From: Actinomycetota bacterium
Lineage (GTDB): Bacteria > Actinomycetota > Actinomycetes > Streptosporangiales > Streptosporangiaceae
Reading direction: 5' to 3'
NCBI GenBank assembly: GCA_003541285.1
Contig: DPMS01000234.1
Coordinates: 12,559 to 50,414, forward strand
Length of the DNA stretch: 37,856 nt
Shown: one piece after another, positions 24,682-30,994 of the stretch
How positions within the stretch are numbered: the first letter of the stretch is position 1
How the letters are laid out: the number at the start of each line of letters is the position of its first letter
The notes under the pieces: generated by a model
The model's database searches: none
Told to the model about the DNA's origin: nothing
What the model saw: the letters and a program-made list of their open reading frames with translations, nothing else
Program-made: the position numbers and the translations under genes

Positions 24682-27638
24682 ACATGGGCGAAGAGGACCT
24701 GTACCCAGGCTACATTCCGCGGGATGAGGAACGGCGGATCCTCGAGGAAGCCACGCGGGTACGGGAGGACCGCACGAGCCGCGCGGTGCTGCTGTATGGC
24801 CCGGGCGGTGTCGGTAAGACCTCGCTCGTGCGCAGGCTGGCGCAGGCCCGCGCGCACGATCCGGCGACGGTCTGGGTCCATCCGGTTGATATCGACGACT
24901 CGGAATACTGGCTGCTGTCCAACCTGGAGCGGCATGTCGCGAGTGGGCTGGACCCGGATCACCGTTTTTTCGGGCCATACCTGGAGCATCTTTCCCGGCT
25001 GCCGGTCTACACCAGGCCGCGCATTGGCTACGAGACGGTGGTCAGCCATCTCGCGCAGATCAAGAAGATCTTTGCCGACTGCTACCGGGATTTTACCGAG
25101 GGTAGTGGCAAGACGGTCGTCATAAGCATGGACACCGTGGAAGTCATCCGCGGCATGTACCTGCTGCAGACGCTGGCCCACTGGATGAAGGATCTTCCGG
25201 CCACTCTCTTCATCCTGGCTGGCCGTCCGCTCTGGGGGGCGGACGCAGAGGACCCGATCCGTCACGAACTGGAGGACCCGTACCAGCCCCTGCCCGTGAC
25301 CACCATCGAGCTTGGTGAGTTCACCCGGGAAGCCGCGCTTGACTATCTCACCAGGAGCGGAGTCGCTTCCGGCCTCTCCAAGGACGACAAGGAGAGAGAG
25401 AAGCTCATCCTGCTGACCCGGGGACACCCGCTCTGGCTGGCGTTCACGGTGGACTACCTCCAGAGCACCGGAATCCCGGAGGAGGCGGCCCAGTCGTTCG
25501 ACACCATCGCGGAGTGGGTGCCCTACCAGGGAGAACTGCCCCCGGCCGGGCGCAGCCTGCACGAGGCGTTCATGCGCCACCTAGTCGCGCCCTACAACGA
25601 GACCGACTTCTGGCACGAGGCACTCAAGCGGCTGGCCGTCGTGCGCGAGAGCGTCAACCAGGAGGTCTGGGAGCGGCTCATGGCTGACCGCCCGCTCCCG
25701 GATGGCGTACCGACCCTGGCCGCGGCCTGGGACGAGTTGCTCCGGATCCCCTGGATCCGGCCCCGGGCCAACCGCCGGTATGTGACGCTGCACGACGCGG
25801 TGGCCGAGGAACTCGCGCTGCGCATCGTTCCGTTGCATGACCAGGGCAAGCAGTGGCGGGACCAGCTATGGCAGCGCGCGCGAGCGATCTACACGGAACT
25901 GAGCGTTGCCAGCGAAACGGCGCTGAAGGAGGAACTGGCCAGGCTGGATGACGCGCTGCAATCCTTGCCGCCCAGGCTGGTGACCGACAGCGATCACGTC
26001 CCGGCTGAGGAGGAGAGCAGGCTCATCCGGGACGCGGCCCGGCTGGAGGCACAGAAACGTGAACTGTCCCAGTTCAAGGCCACCCGGCTCTGCTATGAGG
26101 TGCTGTGCGACTTCGGGAAAGGGTGCTCGCACTTCCTGACGTTGATGGACCAGGCCAAGACCGATCACGACATCCTGTTCCAGGATCTGCTCGCGGCCGA
26201 GATCCAGCGTTTCCTGCCCGGGGGAGTCCACGCGCATGCGTCCGGCGACGTCGTCGGCGAGGTCATCGATGAGTTCCGCGCATGGCTGGAATCCAGGCAG
26301 GGCAGGAATCTCCATCTTGAGATCGGCGTAAGCCTCGCTGACTACCTGATCAGGTCCGAGCAGCCGGGAACGGCGCTTAAGTTGCTCGACAACCTGCCGG
26401 AGGAGAGCGCCAGCACGATCCAGCGTTATCGCCTGTGCAATCTGCGCGGGAACGCATGCATGCGCATCCCGGGCCGGGTCAGGGAGGCCGAGGATCATTT
26501 CCAGCGATCGCTAGCCGAAGCGAGGCGCCTGCGGTCCGCGGACCGGCCGAGGCTGATCGCGAAGGCCCACAAGGAACTGGGCTTCTACTACCGCAACATG
26601 GGTAGCTGGCATGACGCCGACGACGCCTACGCGCGCGCGCGGGACGCGATCTCGGCGACTCTGCTCGCCGGGGGCTCAGCCGAGGACCGGGAGGAGATGG
26701 CCTCGATCCAGTCCAATTGGGCCTACGTCAAGGGACTGACCGGCGACTATCGTGCTGGCACGAACCTCGCGCAAAGTGCCATCACTGTCCGGCGCCGGCT
26801 GGGGAACCGGCAGGAGGAAGGCAACTCCTGGAGTGTCCTTGGCGAGGTGCTCCGTTATGAGCGCAGGTTCCAGAAGGCGTGGGAAGCCTACGCTGAGGCC
26901 GAGCGCATCTTCGAAGAGTTGCGGAACTGGGCGTGGCTGGGGCTTGTCTATCAGGAGCAGGCCATCTGCCTGTTCCAGTCGGCCCAGGAGCGGATCCAAC
27001 TCGTACCCGATCCCGTACCAGCGGCCAAGCGGCTCATCACGACGGCGCTGGACCTGTGCCGGGACCTGGCTGTCCGCGGCTATCCGTCCGCTCTCAACCG
27101 GGCCGGGCGCATCTACGGCGAGGACGTCGACGAGGGCCTGAAGTACCTGGCGACCGGTATCCGGGAGAGCCACAGGCTGTCCGATGGGTGGTTCTGGTTC
27201 GCGAGCCTGGTCGAGCATGCCGAACTGTGCTACCGGGCCTGGGTGAAGACGGGGCGGCCGGACTATCTCGATCAGATCGACGCCCACGAGGCTGAGATCG
27301 CTCAGGCCATGGGCGAGTACGAGTTCCCAGACCTGAAAGGCAGATGGGAACTCCTGCAGGGGCATCTCCTGGTTCGCCATTCACTGACGACGGGCGATGA
27401 GAGCGGCCTGGGCACTGCCCTGGATCACTACCGGAACGGTTTTGCCCTTATCGCACAGGAATACGTCGGGTCCTCTGGGGCGGCGACGGTCGCAGAAGAA
27501 TTCAGGGCTCTCGGGGAGCTCATTGCGCCGCTGTCACAACAGATCAAGGCAGAATGGCAGGCAGTTCTTCGCCGTGCCTGGAGCCGCGAGGCGTCGGCAG
27601 CGACCTTGCTCCTGGCCGGGCTGGAAGAGCTGTACTAG
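24678..27638 (+). CDS. STAND (NB-ARC/AAA_16-like) P-loop NTPase with C-terminal TPR array, no N-terminal effector domain
   Basis: ATG 24678 overlaps the TIR gene stop (ATGA). Walker A LLYGPGGVGKTSLVRRL (24798-24824), Walker-B-like VVISMDTVE, and TRGHPLWLAF (the GxP-like motif of STAND arms). TPR-like repeats run from about aa 560 (HKELGFYYRNMGSWHDADDAYARA; NSWSVLGEVLRYERRFQKAWEAYAEA; LGLVYQEQAICLF). Confidence 0.9.
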   Translation: MNMGEEDLYPGYIPRDEERRILEEATRVREDRTSRAVLLYGPGGVGKTSLVRRLAQARAHDPATVWVHPVDIDDSEYWLLSNLERHVASGLDPDHRFFGPYLEHLSRLPVYTRPRIGYETVVSHLAQIKKIFADCYRDFTEGSGKTVVISMDTVEVIRGMYLLQTLAHWMKDLPATLFILAGRPLWGADAEDPIRHELEDPYQPLPVTTIELGEFTREAALDYLTRSGVASGLSKDDKEREKLILLTRGHPLWLAFTVDYLQSTGIPEEAAQSFDTIAEWVPYQGELPPAGRSLHEAFMRHLVAPYNETDFWHEALKRLAVVRESVNQEVWERLMADRPLPDGVPTLAAAWDELLRIPWIRPRANRRYVTLHDAVAEELALRIVPLHDQGKQWRDQLWQRARAIYTELSVASETALKEELARLDDALQSLPPRLVTDSDHVPAEEESRLIRDAARLEAQKRELSQFKATRLCYEVLCDFGKGCSHFLTLMDQAKTDHDILFQDLLAAEIQRFLPGGVHAHASGDVVGEVIDEFRAWLESRQGRNLHLEIGVSLADYLIRSEQPGTALKLLDNLPEESASTIQRYRLCNLRGNACMRIPGRVREAEDHFQRSLAEARRLRSADRPRLIAKAHKELGFYYRNMGSWHDADDAYARARDAISATLLAGGSAEDREEMASIQSNWAYVKGLTGDYRAGTNLAQSAITVRRRLGNRQEEGNSWSVLGEVLRYERRFQKAWEAYAEAERIFEELRNWAWLGLVYQEQAICLFQSAQERIQLVPDPVPAAKRLITTALDLCRDLAVRGYPSALNRAGRIYGEDVDEGLKYLATGIRESHRLSDGWFWFASLVEHAELCYRAWVKTGRPDYLDQIDAHEAEIAQAMGEYEFPDLKGRWELLQGHLLVRHSLTTGDESGLGTALDHYRNGFALIAQEYVGSSGAATVAEEFRALGELIAPLSQQIKAEWQAVLRRAWSREASAATLLLAGLEELY

Positions 27639-27680
27639 CGAAATCCGTTCCACAGCTTCACCGTCAGAGAGGCGTGGTCC

Positions 27681-29231
27681 ATGACATCAGCACGGCGGGT
27701 GCGCCGGGCTATTGCGTTGTCCAGCTTCGACGTGCCTGGCGCGCCAGGACTCTTGATCCACAGCTGCGAAGACTGTGCCTGCCCCGTCAGCGACAGCCAG
27801 CAAGTGCGGGCACCGGGGGTCACCCCGCCGGTGGCCGCCACCGACACCCGACGCTGGGTCCGTGGCGCCGGCGTGGTGGAGATGCGGCTCGATGGACAAC
27901 ATCAACTGCTGTTCAACTCGGCGGGCCGGGGCGGCGTGGTCGTCGTCAACGAGCAGGCGCACCAGATCTTTCGCCGCTTTCAGCACCCGGCCACCCTGCA
28001 GGAGGTGCGGGCCCGCCTGCGGGAGGAGGAGCCGTCCGGGGGCGTGCACGCTGACCGGCCCGGTGATGACTTTGGAGAAGTCATCACCCGCCTCAGCCAA
28101 TTCGACGTTATCCATCCGGCCGGGCACCCTCCGCAGGGCTTGTTTCCCGGCGGCAAGGTCCTGACTGCCTGGCTGCATGTGACCAACGCCTGTAACCTGC
28201 GCTGCCCGTACTGCTACGTGAACAAGTCGGCGGAGGGCATGGACGAGTCCACCGGCCAGGCGGCCGTTGAGGCTGTGATCCGGTCAGCCATCGCTCACGG
28301 CTTCCCCGCTGTCAAGCTGAAATACGCCGGCGGAGAAGCGAGCCTCAATCACCGGCTGATGATGAAGATGCATGCCCACGCCCAGGAGCTGGCCGCCCAA
28401 TCCGGTCTGGACCTGCAAGCCACCCTGCTGAGCAACGGCGTAGCCCTCTCACCCGGGCTGATCGGGGCACTGAGGTCTGCGGGCATCAGGGTGATGATCT
28501 CACTGGACGGCCTGGGCAGCCAGCATGACATCCAGCGGCCGCTGGTGAACGGCAGGCCGTCCTTTCAGCTCGTCGAGCGCACGATCGGGCGGCTGATCGG
28601 GCAGGATCACGCTCCGCACCTGTCCATCACCATCACCAACCGCAACGTCGGCGGCTTGGCCGAAGTCGTCCGGTTCGCGCTGGACCGCGAACTCACGTTC
28701 AGCCTCAATTTCTTCCGCGACAACGACTGCGCGGCCAGCTTCCCCGACCTGCGTTACCAGGAACAGACCATGATCGCAGCCCTGCTCGAAGCCTTCTCCG
28801 TCATCGAGGAGTCACTGCCCCGCTGGAGTGTCCTGGGATCGGTCCTCGACCGAGGGCAACTGCTTGAACCGCGGCAGCACGCCTGCGGCGTCGGCCAGGA
28901 CTACGTGGTCATCGACCACCTGGGCAGGATCGCGAAGTGTCATATGGAGATCGAGCGGACGCTCGGCGATATTCTCACGCACGATCCGCTGCAACTGATC
29001 CGAACGGACACCGCAACAGTACAGAATCCGCCGGTCGAGGAAAAGGAAGGATGCCGCGACTGCACCTGGCGTTACTGGTGCTCAGGGGGGTGTGCGGTGG
29101 CCACTTTCAAAGCGACCGGCCGGTACGACATCAAATCACCGAACTGTCACATCTACAAGGCGATATACCCACAGGCGCTGAGACTCGAGGGCTTGCGGCT
29201 GCTCAGATATGCGGCACCCGCCCTGAGGTGA
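27681..29231 (+). CDS. radical SAM / SPASM-domain enzyme with N-terminal PqqD/RRE-like domain (peptide-maturase-like)
   Basis: CNLRCPYC (CxxxCxxC) at 28191-28214, KYAGGEASL, LLSNG, ISLDG. C-terminal SPASM Cys cluster CRDCTWRYWCSGGC at 29052-29093. Residues about 68-145 (LLFNSAGRGGVVVVNEQAHQIFRRFQHPATLQEVRARL...FGEVITRLSQFDVIH) fit a PqqD-like winged-helix pattern. An alternative start at ATG 27882 would remove a 67-aa extension containing SCEDCAC. Confidence 0.9.
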   Translation: MTSARRVRRAIALSSFDVPGAPGLLIHSCEDCACPVSDSQQVRAPGVTPPVAATDTRRWVRGAGVVEMRLDGQHQLLFNSAGRGGVVVVNEQAHQIFRRFQHPATLQEVRARLREEEPSGGVHADRPGDDFGEVITRLSQFDVIHPAGHPPQGLFPGGKVLTAWLHVTNACNLRCPYCYVNKSAEGMDESTGQAAVEAVIRSAIAHGFPAVKLKYAGGEASLNHRLMMKMHAHAQELAAQSGLDLQATLLSNGVALSPGLIGALRSAGIRVMISLDGLGSQHDIQRPLVNGRPSFQLVERTIGRLIGQDHAPHLSITITNRNVGGLAEVVRFALDRELTFSLNFFRDNDCAASFPDLRYQEQTMIAALLEAFSVIEESLPRWSVLGSVLDRGQLLEPRQHACGVGQDYVVIDHLGRIAKCHMEIERTLGDILTHDPLQLIRTDTATVQNPPVEEKEGCRDCTWRYWCSGGCAVATFKATGRYDIKSPNCHIYKAIYPQALRLEGLRLLRYAAPALR

Positions 29232-30130
29232 GCGCTTTGTCTGTCCCGGATGAAGTAATGAGCGAAACCGGTTTCCGCATCGATCCGCTGACAGGTGCCC
29301 ATGTGGTCGTCACTCCATGGCGACAGCATCGGCCTGTTCATCCGGATGGGATGTGCCCGTTCTGCCCGGGCGGGCTTGAGGCGCCCGGTGCGTATGATGT
29401 TCTGCACATTCCAAATCGTTGGCCTAGCCTGGCCAACGGGCGTCACGAAGTGATCCTGCACGGCCCCGACCACGATTCTTCCTTCCCAAGGCTAGGCGAG
29501 GACCGATCCGCCCGGGTCGTCGAGTTGTGGTCTGCGCGTACTTCGGTGCTTGGGTCGCGCGAAGACGTTAGCTATGTGTTCATTTTCGAGAACCGCGGCC
29601 GGGTCATCGGCACTACGATTGATCACCCTCACAGTCAGATCATGGCATTTAGCGAGATCCCTCCCATCCCTAAATCCGAGCTTTCGAAGAGTAATTGCGG
29701 CCTCTGCAAAGATATCGACGGCGAACTGATAGTCACACGCCAACCGGGATGGCAGGTGAGTGTGCCATGGGCTCCCTCATGGCCGTATGAAATGCTGATC
29801 TCCCCTTGCGCTCACGTTGCTGATCTGCCAACGGCGGGCCAGTCGCTGCGGACAGGGCTGGGAGTGATTCTCGTTGACTCGCTGACCCGCCTGGAGCGGC
29901 TCTTTGGGCGCGGCGCTCCCTACATGCTGTGGATACATCAGCGCCCAGCCGACGGGGGCGACTGGCCGGCCGCCCACCTCCATGTGCATCTAGCGCCCGT
30001 ATTGCGGGCGCCTGGTCTGCGGCGGCATCTTGCCGCCGCGGAGCTAGGTGCAGGCGTCTTCTTCGATCCGGTGGATCCCCGGGAGGCGGCAGCACAACTG
30101 AGATCCTCACCCGGAACGGCACAACCGTAA
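29228..30130 (+). CDS. GalT-like HIT-superfamily nucleotidyltransferase (galactose-1-phosphate uridylyltransferase / ADP-glucose phosphorylase family)
   Basis: GTG 29228 overlaps the rSAM stop (GTGA); ATG 29258 is an alternative start. CPFCPG at 29354-29365, NRWPS, FIFENRG, and the active-site motif DHPHSQIMAF (HPHSQ at 29624-29638). About 300 aa. No galK/galE/galM nearby. Confidence 0.85.
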   Translation: MSALSVPDEVMSETGFRIDPLTGAHVVVTPWRQHRPVHPDGMCPFCPGGLEAPGAYDVLHIPNRWPSLANGRHEVILHGPDHDSSFPRLGEDRSARVVELWSARTSVLGSREDVSYVFIFENRGRVIGTTIDHPHSQIMAFSEIPPIPKSELSKSNCGLCKDIDGELIVTRQPGWQVSVPWAPSWPYEMLISPCAHVADLPTAGQSLRTGLGVILVDSLTRLERLFGRGAPYMLWIHQRPADGGDWPAAHLHVHLAPVLRAPGLRRHLAAAELGAGVFFDPVDPREAAAQLRSSPGTAQP

Positions 30131-30294
30131 TGGCAGGGGGCGCCGGTGCTATCGCCATCGCCACCGTGATTGACGGCCAGGATGCGGCTGGCCGGCACCG
30201 GCACCGTCAGTCGTTCGGGGTCAAAGGGGACGTGCGCGGCGTGGCAGCGGATCGCCAGTTCCGGGCCGTAGGGACCATCACCATCAACCGGTGA
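30130..30294 (+). CDS. candidate small ORF (54 codons) coupled to the GalT-like gene; coding status ambiguous
   Basis: ATG 30130 overlaps the TAA stop of the GalT-like gene (TAATG). Product: MAGGAGAIAIATVIDGQDAAGRHRHRQSFGVKGDVRGVAADRQFRAVGTITINR. GC3 is about 80%. The opposite strand also reads as a plausible protein fragment (GPYGPELAIRCHAAHVPFDPERLTVPVPASRILAVNHGGDGD) with similar GC3. Confidence 0.2.
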   Translation: MAGGAGAIAIATVIDGQDAAGRHRHRQSFGVKGDVRGVAADRQFRAVGTITINR

Positions 30295-30296
30295 GT

Positions 30297-30908
30297 TCAG
30301 GCGGGAACGAGCGGTCGCTGGCTCCGGTTGCAGGACAGGACCACCGCCAGCGGCCAGACCGCCTGCGCCCCGCCCAGGAACCGCTCTGCCAGGCCGGCCA
30401 GCCCGCCCCCGGTGACCAGTTCCGCGCCGAACCACGCGAGGAGGCCGAGCAGCACCCCGGTGGCGCAGGCCGCAACAGCCGGCCGCAGCGCCCAGGGCAC
30501 CGAAGGCCCCCGCCGCTGGGCAGCAACCGGCCAGGCCGCCAGGGCTGCAAACCCGACCACCGCCCAGAACCTGTGCGACAGCGAAACGCCTCCCGCGGCC
30601 GGCAGTGGGCTCGCTGCGACCAGCATGCCAGCGACGCCACCCGCTATCAGGATCAGCCGCCCAGGTGCGCCGGCCGGCCTGAGCGCCAATCCCGATACGA
30701 CATCACAGGCACCCACTATCAAGAACGCGAGCGTCATCACCCACCGGTCTGCGGCGCCCACCGCCGCGAGGGCGCTGATGGTGCCAGTTACCGCATTGAA
30801 CGGGCGCGGCTGCAACCCGGCAGCAACTGTCCACCCGCCAACCAGCAGCACCGGGGCCGCGGCCGACGAGACCACGCCCCACCACGGAACTCCCCGCACG
30901 ACCACCAC
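30297..30908 (-). CDS. DUF998-family integral membrane protein
   Basis: 203 aa, about 6 hydrophobic segments, Ala/Gly/Leu/Val-rich with the W/R spacing typical of actinobacterial DUF998 proteins (WTVAAGLQP..FNAVTGTISALAA....RWVMTLAFLIVG). The exact start is uncertain. Confidence 0.65.
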   Translation of the reverse strand: MVVVRGVPWWGVVSSAAAPVLLVGGWTVAAGLQPRPFNAVTGTISALAAVGAADRWVMTLAFLIVGACDVVSGLALRPAGAPGRLILIAGGVAGMLVAASPLPAAGGVSLSHRFWAVVGFAALAAWPVAAQRRGPSVPWALRPAVAACATGVLLGLLAWFGAELVTGGGLAGLAERFLGGAQAVWPLAVVLSCNRSQRPLVPA

Positions 30909-30994
30909 CGTAGGCGACCACCGTGGCTGCGCCGGGCACCGGCGGTAGGGACAGCCCGCCTGCGGGGAAGTCGTCCGAGGCGGGTTTCTGTACC

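Noticed and set aside
27636-27683. STAND and rSAM ORFs share a frame and are separated by a single TAG, which could suggest stop-codon read-through or a recently split fusion
   Set aside because: Sharing a frame has a 1-in-3 chance expectation. The 14 intervening codons show no conservation signal that I can judge, and there is a plausible independent ATG at 27681.
22393-30303. Direct repeat GT(A/G)AG..TTCAGGCGGG at 22393-22408 and 30289-30303 as att-like island borders
   Set aside because: Only 10 contiguous identical bases. By rough estimate a match of that length between two ~300-nt windows has about a 10% chance expectation, and no integrase is present. I kept it only as a note within the compositional-island finding.
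21500-30400. Search for a canonical FxSxx-COOH (FxsA-type) precursor peptide or an HExxH domain that would make the cassette a standard Fxs RiPP locus
   Set aside because: None of the small ORFs I translated by hand in this interval ends in F-x-S-x-x-stop. The only FHSFT string (27648-27662) lies between the STAND stop and the rSAM start and is not followed by a stop. No HExxH motif was seen in the rSAM protein. The hand search was not exhaustive, so this needs a computational six-frame scan.
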